Position numbers and translations under genes: made by a program | Notes under the pieces: generated by a model | Told to the model about the DNA's origin: nothing | Databases searched by the model: none | What the model saw: the letters and a program-made list of their open reading frames with translations, nothing else | Assembly (NCBI GenBank): GCA_027064085.1 | Contig: JAMOQH010000157.1 | Location: 706-64,705 of the forward strand | Length of the DNA: 64,000 nt | Origin: a bacterium | GTDB lineage: Bacteria > UBP6 > JAFGXH01 | Reading direction: 5' to 3' | Part shown: piece by piece, positions 38,323 to 48,880 of the stretch | How the letters are laid out: each line of letters opens with the position of its first letter | Position numbering within the stretch: the stretch's first letter is position 1

Positions 38323-39102
38323 ATGAATGATATAGAAAGCAGAATAGAATATGCAAAAATATTTGCAAAAGGAGCAGGAAAAGTGCTTCTTAAAAGATTT
38401 AAAAAAAGAAAATTAGTTATAGAAAAAAAGGGAGATATCGATTTAGTTACAGATGCTGATAAAAAAGCAGAAGCTCATATAATTGGTTCTATTTTTAACA
38501 AATTTCCTGAAGATTCAATTTTGGCAGAGGAAAGTGGAGATATTCTTGTTAAAAACAGTAAATATAGATGGATAATAGACCCATTAGATGGAACAACTAA
38601 TTTTGCTCAAAAATTTTATTTATTTGCTGTTTCTATAGCAATAGAAAGCGAAAGAGGCATAGAAGCAGGTGTTATTTATATTCCTTATTTCGATGAAATG
38701 TACTATGCAATAAAAGGAAAAGAAGCTTTTTTAAATAATGACCCAATTAAAATATCACAAAAGGAAAAGCTAATAAACTCAGTTATCGCAACAGGTTTTC
38801 CATATAGTAAAAATGAAAATAATGACAATAATCTCAAAGAACACAATAAAATGATAACTAAATGTAGAGATATACGAAGAACAGGTAGTGCAGCTATTGA
38901 TTTAGCTTATACTGCAAGTGGAATTTGGGATGGATACTGGGAAAAGAAGTTAAAGCCTTGGGATATTGCAGCAGGAGCTTTAATTGTTAAAGAGGCTGGG
39001 GGAGTAATAAAGGGCTTAAAAGGTGAAAACTTTGATTATATGAGTGGAAATATTATCGCAGGCAATGAAAAAATTGTTAATTTAATGATTAATGAACTTT
39101 AA
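38323..39102 (+). CDS. inositol monophosphatase family protein (SuhB-like)
   Basis: 'WIIDPLDGTTNFAQ' IMPase motif. 'DLVTDADKKAEAHI', 'WDIAAGALIVKEAGG'. The start was chosen at the ATG preceded by AGGAG (the track ORF begins 21 nt upstream at 38302). Confidence 0.85.
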   Translation: MNDIESRIEYAKIFAKGAGKVLLKRFKKRKLVIEKKGDIDLVTDADKKAEAHIIGSIFNKFPEDSILAEESGDILVKNSKYRWIIDPLDGTTNFAQKFYLFAVSIAIESERGIEAGVIYIPYFDEMYYAIKGKEAFLNNDPIKISQKEKLINSVIATGFPYSKNENNDNNLKEHNKMITKCRDIRRTGSAAIDLAYTASGIWDGYWEKKLKPWDIAAGALIVKEAGGVIKGLKGENFDYMSGNIIAGNEKIVNLMINEL

Positions 39103-39351
39103 TTATTTACTCCATGCCAACAAGTTGGAGCTTATGTATAAAATATGAATTATTTAATTTAACATATTAAGTAAATCAATATTATTATAAAGAAAATGTT
39201 ATAATCCCACTGTAGTGGAGAGAAAATTATAAAAAATTATAAAAAAACTCTATTCAAAAGTTTTAAAGTATGATATATAAACTATCCGTCTATTTAAATA
39301 GACAAATTCAAGCATTTAATGTTTTAAACAATATATTTTTTAGGAGTCGCA

Positions 39352-40539
39352 ATGAATGAAAAAATTAAAAAAAATCTTGAAAGATTAAAAGAACTTAATA
39401 TTGATATGTTTGGTAAAGATTTTTTATTAACTTGGGAAAAAAGTGACGATGAAATCGAAGCGACTATGCTTTTTACTGAAATAATAAAAGAAATGCACAA
39501 AAATAACATCTCAACAAAGGTTTTTGATTCTGGTATTGCTGTTCCTGTATTTAGAGATAATTCTACAAGAACTAGATTTAGCTTTAGCTCAGCTTGTAAC
39601 GCTTTAGGTTTAGGCTTACAAGATTTAGATGAAAAAAAATCACAAATTGCTCATGGTGAAACTGTTAGAGAAACTGCAAATATGATATCATTTTTAGCTG
39701 ATGTTATTGGAATTCGTGATGACTTATATATTGAAGAAGGTGATAGATACCAAAGAGAAGTGGCTTCTGCATTAGATTTTGGCTACAATGAGGGATTATT
39801 ACACCAAAGACCAACTATAATTAATTTACAATCAGATATAGACCACCCAACTCAATCTATGAGTGATTTATCTAAAATTAAGGATCACTTTGGTTCTTTA
39901 GAAAATTTAAAGGGTAAAAAATTAGTAATGTCATGGGCATATTCACCAAGCTATGGAAAACCATTATCTGTTGCTCAAGGAATGATAGGTTTACTTACTA
40001 GATTTGGTATGGATGTTGTTTTGGCTCACCCTGAAGGATATAATGTAATGGATAGTGTTATTGATGTTGCAAAAGAAAATGCTGAAAAGAGTGGTGGTAG
40101 CTTTACTATTAGCCATGATATGAAAGAAGCATTTAAAGATGCTGATGTTGTATGTCCTAAATCTTGGGCTTCTTATTCTGTTATGGAGCAAAGAAGAGAT
40201 TTACTGCATGCACAAGACTTTGACGGACTTGATGCTCTTGAAAAAAGTTGCTTACTTGAAAATGCAGACCACATGAACTGGGAATACACCAAAGAAATGG
40301 AAGCATTAACTAATAATGCACTATACATGCATCCTCTTCCTGCTGATGTAACTGGCTTGAACTGCGAACACGGCGAAGTAACAAGAGAAGTTTTTGATTC
40401 TCACCTAAAAGATACTTATCATCAAGCATCATTTAAGCCTTTTGCTATGATGGCTATGATTTGGTTGAGTAAGTTTGAAAATCCTATAGCAAAAATAGAA
40501 GAAGTTTTAGAAAATAACAAAAAGAGATTAAATAAATAG
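39352..40539 (+). CDS. YgeW-like 'knotted' carbamoyltransferase (ATCase/OTCase superfamily)
   Basis: 'STRTRFSFSSA' carbamoyl-phosphate motif. 'HPLP' motif ('YMHPLPA'). 395 aa, longer than canonical OTCase/ATCase, as in the YgeW subgroup. Confidence 0.65.
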   Translation: MNEKIKKNLERLKELNIDMFGKDFLLTWEKSDDEIEATMLFTEIIKEMHKNNISTKVFDSGIAVPVFRDNSTRTRFSFSSACNALGLGLQDLDEKKSQIAHGETVRETANMISFLADVIGIRDDLYIEEGDRYQREVASALDFGYNEGLLHQRPTIINLQSDIDHPTQSMSDLSKIKDHFGSLENLKGKKLVMSWAYSPSYGKPLSVAQGMIGLLTRFGMDVVLAHPEGYNVMDSVIDVAKENAEKSGGSFTISHDMKEAFKDADVVCPKSWASYSVMEQRRDLLHAQDFDGLDALEKSCLLENADHMNWEYTKEMEALTNNALYMHPLPADVTGLNCEHGEVTREVFDSHLKDTYHQASFKPFAMMAMIWLSKFENPIAKIEEVLENNKKRLNK

Positions 40540-40595
40540 ATAATAGGCTTTTAACGATGATATTAGAGGCCTTGTTGATTTTTTAGGAGAAAAAA

Positions 40596-42062
40596 ATGGC
40601 AAAAAAAACAAGAGAAGAAGTTTTAGAAAACACTATTCAAAGATTTAAAGAAAAGGGACTTATTTTACCCACTTATGAACAAATGAGAAATCCTGAATTG
40701 GTTCCTCAAAAAATTAAAGAAGAGTTAAAAAATATTGGTTTATGGGACTTTAACCCTCTTAATTTATTCAGATTAACATGGAAGAACGATCCTGAAACAG
40801 GAGAATTTGGTAAAGTTAACTATATAGAACTTCCTACTGAATTAACAGGAGTTAAAGCTAAAATATTTGTATTAACTGGTAAATTTTTTCCTACAGGAGC
40901 ACATAAAGTTGGTGCAACTTATGGTCCACTAATAGAAAAATTAATTAATGGAACATTTGATCCAACAACTCAAAAAGCTTTATGGCCTTCTACAGGTAAC
41001 TATTGCCGTGGTGGAGCTTATGATAGTAAACTATTAGGATGTGAAGCTATAGCTATTTTACCCGAAGATATGTCTCAAGAAAGATTTGAATGGTTAAAAG
41101 AAACAGGTGCTGAAATTTTTGCAACTCATGGTTCTGAATCTAATGTTAAAGAAATTTATGACAAAGTTAAAGAATTAATGGCAGAGAGAGGTGATGAAAT
41201 AGTTAATCTTAACCAATTTGCAGAAATAGGAAATCCACTATGGCATTATGCAGTAACAGGGCCTGCTATGGAAGAAGTTTTTGGATACCATAAAGATGAA
41301 AACTCAAGATTTGCAGGTATTTTCTTAACTCAAGGAAGTGCAGGAACACTCGGTGCAGGTGAATACTTAAAAACAGTATTTCCTAATATGAAACTTGGTG
41401 TTGGTGAAGCTGTTCAATGTCCTACTTTATTAAGAAATGGATATGGTTCTCATAGAATAGAGGGAATAGGTGATAAACACATTCCTTGGGTACATAATAT
41501 TAGAAGTATGGACTTTGTTGCAGGTATTGATGATGAACCAAATATGCACATTATGCGTTTGTTCAATGAGCCTGAAGGACATAAATATTTATTAGAACAA
41601 GGTGTTAAACAAGAGTTAATTGACCAACTTCATTTACTTGGAATCTCTGGTATTGCAAATGTTATGGGTGCAATCAAACAAGCTAAATACTATGAAATGG
41701 ATGAAAATGATTTTATTCTTACTATAGGTACAGATTCTATGGAAATGTATCAATCAAGAATGAAAGAAGAACAAGAAAGATTAGGAGATTTTACTCATGA
41801 AGTAGCTGCTATGACTTATTATGGTGACTTAATGGGTTTAGGTACTGATAACATTATTGAGCCTAACTATGTTGAACTTAGAAGAATGCATAATTTAAAA
41901 TATTTTACTTGGATAGAGCAACAAGGTAAAACAGTTGAAGAGTTAGATGCTCAATGGTATGATAGAGATTATTGGACAAGAGAATGGCATAAAGCTGATG
42001 AGTGGGATGCCAAAATTAAAGAATTTAACGCTAGAACAGGTGTTGAAAAGAAATTTTTATAA
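40596..42062 (+). CDS. fold-type II PLP-dependent enzyme (TrpB-like / tryptophan-synthase-beta superfamily)
   Basis: 488 aa. 'FFPTGAHKVGATYG' resembles the TrpB PLP-lysine motif 'HTGAHKxN'. Gly-rich 'TQGSAGTLGAG' is present. 56-bp gap to the YgeW-like gene. Confidence 0.5.
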   Translation: MAKKTREEVLENTIQRFKEKGLILPTYEQMRNPELVPQKIKEELKNIGLWDFNPLNLFRLTWKNDPETGEFGKVNYIELPTELTGVKAKIFVLTGKFFPTGAHKVGATYGPLIEKLINGTFDPTTQKALWPSTGNYCRGGAYDSKLLGCEAIAILPEDMSQERFEWLKETGAEIFATHGSESNVKEIYDKVKELMAERGDEIVNLNQFAEIGNPLWHYAVTGPAMEEVFGYHKDENSRFAGIFLTQGSAGTLGAGEYLKTVFPNMKLGVGEAVQCPTLLRNGYGSHRIEGIGDKHIPWVHNIRSMDFVAGIDDEPNMHIMRLFNEPEGHKYLLEQGVKQELIDQLHLLGISGIANVMGAIKQAKYYEMDENDFILTIGTDSMEMYQSRMKEEQERLGDFTHEVAAMTYYGDLMGLGTDNIIEPNYVELRRMHNLKYFTWIEQQGKTVEELDAQWYDRDYWTREWHKADEWDAKIKEFNARTGVEKKFL

Positions 42063-42071
42063 TTATCTCCT

Positions 42072-42090
42072 CCCACTTGTGTGGGTTTTA
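42072..42090 (+). terminator. rho-independent terminator candidate
   Basis: CCCAC-TTGT-GTGGG hairpin followed by TTTTA, 10 nt after the PLP-enzyme stop. Confidence 0.5.
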
Positions 42091-42218
42091 ACCTCATAAA
42101 TGATACTCATTCAAATTTGATAAAAATATAGTTTAATTATTTAATATATTGTTTTTATTATAAAATCATAAAAAAGAAAAGCTTTGCTTTTACTTTTTTC
42201 AGTGTAAAAGACCTATAA

Positions 42219-42234
42219 AGCCAATGCTTTGGCT
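42219..42234. terminator. hairpin (AGCCAA-TGCT-TTGGCT) between convergent genes; possible glgB terminator
   Basis: Perfect 6-bp inverted repeat with a 4-nt loop, about 35 nt downstream of the glgB stop on the minus strand. Confidence 0.3.
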
Positions 42235-42267
42235 AGGGCTTTGAAACTGCACTAAAAAAACGAAAAA

Positions 42268-44469
42268 CTACTTAATAGGCTTTAAAATTAAAGCTCCTAA
42301 TGGTGGTAAAGTTAACTCTATAGCATACGGATTTTCTTGCCAAAACATTTTAACAGGTTTTAAAGGAAGCGGGGCTCCAATATTACTGCCACCATAATAT
42401 TCACTATCTGAATTAAAAATTATTTCGTATTCACAATTTTCAGGAACACCAATTTTATAACTATCCCTAACAACAGGAGTAAAATTTAAAATTGTAATAG
42501 TGTAATTATCTTCATCCTTTCCTTTTCTTATGTATGAAACAATGCTATTATCGCTATCATTAAAATCAATCCATTGAAACCCGTCATGTGAAAAATCTAC
42601 TTCAAAAAGAGATGGATTTTCTTTATAAACTCTATGTAAATCTTTAACAAAATAATTAAATTTTCTATATCTTTCTTCTTCAAGTTGATACCAATCTAAC
42701 TCTCTATCATGATTCCATTCTCTCCATTGTGCGATATCCATTCCCATAAAAGTTAATTTTTTGCCTGGATGAGTAAACATATATGTGTATAACAATCTTA
42801 AATTTGCCATCTTTTGCCATGTATCACCAGACATTTTTTCAATTAATGAACCTTTACCATGAACAACTTCATCATGTGATAATGCAAGAACAAAGTTTTC
42901 GCTAAAAGCATACCATAAAGAAAAGGTCAAAGAGCCTTGATTGTATTTTCTGTAAATAGAATCCTGTTTCATATAATCTAAAATATCATGCATCCATCCC
43001 ATATTCCACTTATATCCAAAACCTAGTCCTCCTGCATATATAGGCTTTGAAACAGATGGCCAAGATGTAGATTCTTCGGCAATAGTAACAATATCACTAA
43101 ACTGCATATAAACAGTTTCATTTAATCTTTTTAAAAATTCAATAGCTTCAATATTTTCTCTTCCACCAAACTTATTAGGAATCCATTCTCCTTCATTTCT
43201 AGAATAATCTAAGTACAACATAGATGCTACAGCATCTACTCTTAATCCATCTATATGATATTTATCTAACCAAAATAATGCATTTGAGATTAAAAAATTT
43301 CTTACTTCATATCTTCCAAAATTAAAGATTTTTGTTCCCCAATCTTTATGCTCTCCTAGCCTTGGATCTGAATGCTCATACAGAGCAGTTCCATCAAATA
43401 GTGAAAGAGCATGCTCATCTTTAGGAAAATGTGCAGGAACCCAATCTAAGATTACTCCAATATCATTTTGATGCATAATATCAACAAAATAAGCAAAATC
43501 TTCTGGATTCCCATACCTAGATGTAGGAGCAAAATAACCCGTTACTTGATAACCCCATGATGCAAAAAATGGATGTTCTGCAATAGGCAGTAATTCAATA
43601 TGAGTATAACCCATTGATTTTATGTACTCAACTAATGGATCTGCAATTTCTCTATATGACAAATATCTATTATTCTCTCCTCGCTTCCAAGAACCAATGT
43701 GAAGTTCGTAAATAGATATAGGGGCGTTTAATGCATTTTTTTCTTTTCTTGTTTTCATCCATAATTCATCTTTCCAATTGTGTTTATCAGAGTTATAAAC
43801 AATTGATGCTGTTTTAGGTGCAGATTCAATAAAAAAAGAATATGGGTCTTGTTTTAAAAGAGTTTGATTATTTTGTGTTTTAATTTCATATTTATATAAT
43901 TCTCCCTCAATTAACCCTGGTATAAAAATTTCCCAAAAGCCATTCATATTTCTCATTTGATGAATTCTGCCATCCCAATGATTAAAATTACCAACAACAC
44001 TAACCATCTTAGCATTAGGAGCCCATACAGCAAAGTAAACTCCAGTTATTTTATTTACTTCTTTAGTGTGAGCACCTAATATTTCATAGGATTTATAATG
44101 ATTACCCTCTGATAAAAGATGCAAATCTATTTCTCCCATAATAGGTAAAAAATGATATGGGTCATCAAATTGCCATGAATGTCCTTCAAAGTTTATTACT
44201 TCAAATTTATAATCAAAAAACTTCTTTCTTCTTTTAAACTCAATTTCAAAAAAACCTCTTTCATCTGTTTGAACCATTTTATGCTTTTTAGATGTTTTCC
44301 TGTCAATAACAAAAGCCTGCTCAATTCTTGGTAAAAATAATCTTACAACAAGTCCCTGTCTTTTTGTCTCATTAATATAATGAATGCCTAAAACAGAGAA
44401 AACATCCCCGCACTCTAAGTTCATTAAATTTTGTATTTTCTTTATATTTTCTTTACCCATTATGTTCAC
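42268..44469 (-). CDS. glgB: 1,4-alpha-glucan branching enzyme GlgB
   Basis: 733 aa. GH13 motifs '[13 protein letters not shown]', 'EESTSWP', '[10 protein letters not shown]', '[15 protein letters not shown]'. N-terminal CBM48 region. Confidence 0.9.
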   Translation of the reverse strand: MNIMGKENIKKIQNLMNLECGDVFSVLGIHYINETKRQGLVVRLFLPRIEQAFVIDRKTSKKHKMVQTDERGFFEIEFKRRKKFFDYKFEVINFEGHSWQFDDPYHFLPIMGEIDLHLLSEGNHYKSYEILGAHTKEVNKITGVYFAVWAPNAKMVSVVGNFNHWDGRIHQMRNMNGFWEIFIPGLIEGELYKYEIKTQNNQTLLKQDPYSFFIESAPKTASIVYNSDKHNWKDELWMKTRKEKNALNAPISIYELHIGSWKRGENNRYLSYREIADPLVEYIKSMGYTHIELLPIAEHPFFASWGYQVTGYFAPTSRYGNPEDFAYFVDIMHQNDIGVILDWVPAHFPKDEHALSLFDGTALYEHSDPRLGEHKDWGTKIFNFGRYEVRNFLISNALFWLDKYHIDGLRVDAVASMLYLDYSRNEGEWIPNKFGGRENIEAIEFLKRLNETVYMQFSDIVTIAEESTSWPSVSKPIYAGGLGFGYKWNMGWMHDILDYMKQDSIYRKYNQGSLTFSLWYAFSENFVLALSHDEVVHGKGSLIEKMSGDTWQKMANLRLLYTYMFTHPGKKLTFMGMDIAQWREWNHDRELDWYQLEEERYRKFNYFVKDLHRVYKENPSLFEVDFSHDGFQWIDFNDSDNSIVSYIRKGKDEDNYTITILNFTPVVRDSYKIGVPENCEYEIIFNSDSEYYGGSNIGAPLPLKPVKMFWQENPYAIELTLPPLGALILKPIK

Positions 44470-44605
44470 CCCAAAAATTAAGTACTACATTATAAACATT
44501 TTACTAACATTTAACAAATATTTAAATATTTTATAAGTTTTTTACAAAACTTGAATATTGGAAAAAATAATGCTATAGTAGAAATGAATGATGGCTAGGA
44601 ATAAA

Positions 44606-44998
44606 ATGAAATATTTTTTAATAACAATTATAATAATATTATTTTTGGCATGTAATGCTAGTACAAAAAAAATTGAATTTACTAAACACTATCCTGATAA
44701 TTACAATGCATTTATTAGGTGGAAAAGATTTGATAATTTAAAGGTATTTCTCAAAGCAGAAGACTATAAAACTTTAGATAAAATCAAAAAGAAATATAAA
44801 AACAGCACTGTAAACTCATATAAATTAATTTTAATGAAAAAAATAAATAAAGATGAGTATAAAGTGATTATAGAAAGAGAAGAGGTTATTCTTCCTTCAA
44901 ATACCTTAAAAACTAATAGGTACATTCAATATTGGAATTTTAATAAAGAATTAAAACTATGGAAAATAGAGAAAGAAATAGAAGATAAGGAGGACTAA
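44606..44998 (+). CDS. small lipoprotein, hypothetical
   Basis: Signal peptide plus lipobox 'LFLACNAS'. Start placed at 'MKYFL' (the track ORF starts 18 nt upstream at 44588). Its stop overlaps the rpoN start codon. Confidence 0.4.
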   Translation: MKYFLITIIIILFLACNASTKKIEFTKHYPDNYNAFIRWKRFDNLKVFLKAEDYKTLDKIKKKYKNSTVNSYKLILMKKINKDEYKVIIEREEVILPSNTLKTNRYIQYWNFNKELKLWKIEKEIEDKED

Positions 44999-46554
44999 TG
45001 GAATTAGGACTACAACAAAAACTGGCTCTAAAACAAAAAATTACTCCACAAATGATACAATCCGTAACATTTCTTCAATATAATTTAACTGACTTAAATC
45101 AAGAGATTGATAAACAAGTTGAAGAAAATGTCCTACTAGAAAAAGAAACTCATGAAATATACTCAGAAGAAATAAATACTATTAATAGTTCAATACCTGA
45201 AACAGAAAAAGAATTTCCCATAGAAACTGCTAAACTAGAGGAAATAGAAAAAAAAAATGAGTTTAGTATTGAAGACTGGAAGGCTCACTATGAAAATGGA
45301 GGGCAAACCTTTGAAGGATATAAAACAAGAAACTCTGATTATGATGACTTGTATGATCCAGATAAAAAAGGCAAAAATACCAAAACATTAAAGTCTCACC
45401 TTCTTGAACAAGCAAATATTCACCTTAAAGATGAATTTGATAGAAAAATTGCAGAATTATTAGTAGAAAATATAAATTATGATGGTTTCTTAGATGAAAC
45501 AATAACTATTTATAGTGATAAACTTAATGATAAAAAAGAAAGAGAAATAATAAAACAGGAAAATATTTTTGACCACATAATAAATAAAATAAATAAAATT
45601 TATAATAAAATTTATAATAATGATATTATTGAAGAAGATGATATTCAGGATGTTTTAAATAAAATCTATACATTTGACCCTATTGGTTGTGGAGCTTTTA
45701 GCAAAATAGAATCACTATACATCCAGGCTAAACTTTACAACTATCCATCTTATGTTATTGATATAATAAAAAATGACTTGGAACTTCTTGCTGATAATAA
45801 AATTAAAGAGTTAAAAGAAAAGTATAATATTCCTGATAGCAAACTAATAAAAGCAATAAAATTAATTAAAAAACTAGAACCCATTCCCGGAAGACAGTTT
45901 TATCCTGAAGAACCTCAAAATATTGAACCAGAAATTAGATTAATCAAAGAAGGAAATAATTATAGAGTTGAATTAATCAAAGAGAGAATCCCCTCCCTAA
46001 GAATTAGTAATCACTATAGAAAACAACTAATGGACCCAAATACGGACAAAGAAACAAGAGAATATATAGAAGAAAAAATACAAGCGGCAATTCATATTAT
46101 AAATGCAATAAAACAAAGAAAAAAAACAATAATTCGGGTTATGGAAGTTATTATAAAAATACAAAAAGACTTTTTTGATAATAGTGGAAACTATGATTTT
46201 TTTAAAGCAATTACTTTAAAAGATGTCGCTCAGGAGCTTGAACTAGACGAATCAACAATTAGTCGAGCTACTTCAGGTAAATATTTAATATCAGATATTG
46301 GTATATATGAATTAAAACACTTCTTTTCAACATCGGTAAAAGTTATAGGAGGAGAAAACCAATCTATGATGCAAGTTAAAAACTTAATAAAAAAAATCAT
46401 AGATAATGAAGATAAAAAGAAGCCTTTGTCTGATGCTAAAATATCTAAAATATTAAAAGAAGAACATAATCTTAATATATTAAGAAAAACTATTGGTAAT
46501 TATAGAAAATATCTAGACATTCCTTCTACAACAAAAAGAAAAAAAATATTATAA
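44998..46554 (+). CDS. rpoN: RNA polymerase sigma-54 factor RpoN
   Basis: N-terminal Gln/Leu-rich region 'LQQKLALKQKITPQMIQSVTFLQYNLTDLNQEI'. HTH 'ESTISRATSGKYL'. RpoN box 'RKTIGNYRKYLDIPS' (cf. ARRTVAKYRE). Confidence 0.85.
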   Translation: MELGLQQKLALKQKITPQMIQSVTFLQYNLTDLNQEIDKQVEENVLLEKETHEIYSEEINTINSSIPETEKEFPIETAKLEEIEKKNEFSIEDWKAHYENGGQTFEGYKTRNSDYDDLYDPDKKGKNTKTLKSHLLEQANIHLKDEFDRKIAELLVENINYDGFLDETITIYSDKLNDKKEREIIKQENIFDHIINKINKIYNKIYNNDIIEEDDIQDVLNKIYTFDPIGCGAFSKIESLYIQAKLYNYPSYVIDIIKNDLELLADNKIKELKEKYNIPDSKLIKAIKLIKKLEPIPGRQFYPEEPQNIEPEIRLIKEGNNYRVELIKERIPSLRISNHYRKQLMDPNTDKETREYIEEKIQAAIHIINAIKQRKKTIIRVMEVIIKIQKDFFDNSGNYDFFKAITLKDVAQELELDESTISRATSGKYLISDIGIYELKHFFSTSVKVIGGENQSMMQVKNLIKKIIDNEDKKKPLSDAKISKILKEEHNLNILRKTIGNYRKYLDIPSTTKRKKIL

Positions 46555-46620
46555 ACAGTTAATATTCAAATAGTGTAACGATTCAGGTTAATTTTTTATT
46601 TTTTAGTAAAACTCATTTTA

Positions 46621-46959
46621 TTACTTCTTTTCTTTCTTTTGGCATTCATCAAAAATTTTAGCTTTCATCAAACAATCAATTTTTTCACTGCTATAAAACA
46701 AACTACATTCTGTTTCTAGATTTTTAACTTTTTTAAATTTTTCTGATATTTTTTTACATTTTCTAGATTTTTCTTGTTGATGACATTTTTTAGTTTCTTT
46801 ATCAGTTTTAGCATTTATCAGGCAGGTTATTAAATCTCCGGAGTCTCCTTCTCCTATTAAGCAACCTCCATCTTTTTTATCAGGTATTACTGTATCGCAA
46901 TCTGCACTGTAAATTGTGATACTTAATAATATTAAAATCAAAAGTGATAAAAACTTCAT
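46621..46959 (-). CDS. small secreted 8-Cys protein, hypothetical
   Basis: 112 aa. Signal peptide. 8 Cys. Lys-rich. Confidence 0.4.
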   Translation of the reverse strand: MKFLSLLILILLSITIYSADCDTVIPDKKDGGCLIGEGDSGDLITCLINAKTDKETKKCHQQEKSRKCKKISEKFKKVKNLETECSLFYSSEKIDCLMKAKIFDECQKKEKK

Positions 46960-46967
46960 AATTCCTC

Positions 46968-48089
46968 CTATATTATCCCATGATAGATATTTAACAATAT
47001 TCCACCATTTTTTATTTTTAAATTGTCCTTTTTTAATTTATTGAATTTATGATTTCTAGAAACTAAAATTAAATATTCCCAGTTTTTAAAATCTTTTAAT
47101 AATTTATGTTCTATTTCTTTATAAAAATCTACTTCCACCTTAATCCTTTTATTATAGGGTAAGTTCATAACAATAAATCCACTTTCTTTTGACGGAGTGA
47201 TATTTAAAAAATTCTCTTTTTTTGCTTTTATTCCATTAAAAATTGATAAATTTTCATTTGAAACCTTAACTGAAGCTTCTTCTAGGTCTGATGGCATAAT
47301 GTTTTTAATATTATAATTAAGATTTTTGGTATATTTATTTTTTAGAAAATTAAATGTTTTTTCTTTAAAATTAACCCAGTTCATAAAATTAAATTCTCTA
47401 TTAAATCCAGGAATTATATCATTTTTTATCATAGATGCTTCTATGGAAAATGTTGCACTTCCACACATAGGGTCAAGTAAATATTTATTTTTATCCCAGT
47501 ACTTTAATAACAGGGCCGCCGCAATATTTTCTCTTATTGGAGCTTTTGAAGTTTTCTTTTTTATATTCCTTTTATATAAAAAATCTCCACTAGCATCAAG
47601 GCTAATTGTTATTTCATTATCTTCTATTCTAACATATAGTTTTTCTTGAGATTTTTTATCCAAAATATAATTAAAGTCATTTTTTTTACCAAAACTTAAG
47701 ATTTCTTTAGCAAGAAACTCTTTTACCATATCTGTATGATATAACTTAGAGCTTTTTGAGCTTACTATAATATCAAAATTAGTGTCTTTAGGCCAAAACA
47801 AGCAAAAATCTAGCCTTGTTAAAGCTTTTTTTATTTCAGAGAGGTGAGTTGCTTTAAAAGTTGCTAACCTGAAAAGAATTTTAGTTGCAACTCTTGTTTT
47901 TAGTGATAAATCATATAAAACATCAAGCTTTCCCTTTACCTCTAAACCTCCATTTGTTTCTTTTGTAGTGTTATATCCGAAAGATATGATTTCATTTTTT
48001 AGAATTGATTCTAGGCCAGGCTGTACAATTAAGAAATAATTATGTTCTTTACTCCATATTTTTTGTTTAATTTTTCTTTCAATATTCAT
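46968..48089 (-). CDS. THUMP-domain class I SAM-dependent RNA methyltransferase (RlmL / COG0116-like)
   Basis: N-terminal THUMP-like region. 'LLDPMCGSATFSIEASM' motif I. 'VMNLPYNKRI' motif IV. Confidence 0.7.
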   Translation of the reverse strand: MNIERKIKQKIWSKEHNYFLIVQPGLESILKNEIISFGYNTTKETNGGLEVKGKLDVLYDLSLKTRVATKILFRLATFKATHLSEIKKALTRLDFCLFWPKDTNFDIIVSSKSSKLYHTDMVKEFLAKEILSFGKKNDFNYILDKKSQEKLYVRIEDNEITISLDASGDFLYKRNIKKKTSKAPIRENIAAALLLKYWDKNKYLLDPMCGSATFSIEASMIKNDIIPGFNREFNFMNWVNFKEKTFNFLKNKYTKNLNYNIKNIMPSDLEEASVKVSNENLSIFNGIKAKKENFLNITPSKESGFIVMNLPYNKRIKVEVDFYKEIEHKLLKDFKNWEYLILVSRNHKFNKLKKDNLKIKNGGILLNIYHGII

Positions 48090-48813
48090 CTTTTATAATA
48101 GAGATAGATTCTCTTCCTTTTAAATTTTTAAAACCTTTACCTTCTTTAATACCATTAATAAATAAATCTTTATCTTTTATTATTGTTCCACTGATAATAT
48201 CTATTCCATAATCAAACAGTATCGGGCTTAGAGGAGTAGAGGGACCAAGTAATATAATTTTAGTTTTATTGGTTTTATATTTTACTAATTCTTCAAATGT
48301 ATGATTAATTAAAGTTGTTGCTGTTATTGCTAGTATATCTAATTCATTTATGTAGTTTTTTAGATATTTTGAATGATACTCTCCTTTTTGTGGAAATAGT
48401 TCAAAAACATATAGCTTATTTATTTGATGTTTTAATTTTTTTATAAACGGAAAGCGTCCAACGACCCCAACATTATTATAATTTGGTAATAAATCATAGG
48501 CATTTATTTTTTTTAATTTTAAATTATCTCTATTTAATGCCGAATTTATTGTGGCAATGCCTATTGAGGCTTCCAATTCGTTATCTGATAGAGCAAGTTT
48601 AGCTACTTTCTTAGCGGAATTACCAATAATATCAATATTATTATATGGTTTTCTGTATGCTGGTTTTAAAGTTGAAGAAATTCCACAGTATTTACTTTCT
48701 ATTATTGTTTCAAAAACTCCAACAAGGCTATCTTTTATTTCGTAGTCTTCAATATTTTCTATTAACTTGTTTAAAATTTCCATATTTCCCAATATAAAAA
48801 TTATATATAGCAC
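48079..48813 (-). CDS. hypothetical protein, possibly DUF364/DUF4213-like Rossmann-fold protein
   Basis: 244 aa. 'VGVVGRFPFIKKL...KIILLGPSTPLSPILFDYGIDIISG' resembles the Rossmann-like core of the DUF364 family. Confidence 0.3.
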   Translation of the reverse strand: MLYIIFILGNMEILNKLIENIEDYEIKDSLVGVFETIIESKYCGISSTLKPAYRKPYNNIDIIGNSAKKVAKLALSDNELEASIGIATINSALNRDNLKLKKINAYDLLPNYNNVGVVGRFPFIKKLKHQINKLYVFELFPQKGEYHSKYLKNYINELDILAITATTLINHTFEELVKYKTNKTKIILLGPSTPLSPILFDYGIDIISGTIIKDKDLFINGIKEGKGFKNLKGRESISIIKDEY

Positions 48814-48880
48814 ATTTTTAAAAAAAATTGTATATTTGTTTTTCTTATTATATAATAAAATGGTTTAAAATGGAGGCGTT

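Noticed and set aside
39324-40191. ORFs 39324-39509(-) and 39991-40191(-)
   Set aside because: Antisense to the YgeW-like carbamoyltransferase gene, which has the strong STRTR/HPLP motifs.
47326-48745. ORFs 47326-47649(+) and 48551-48745(+)
   Set aside because: Antisense inside the THUMP methyltransferase gene and the DUF364-like gene.
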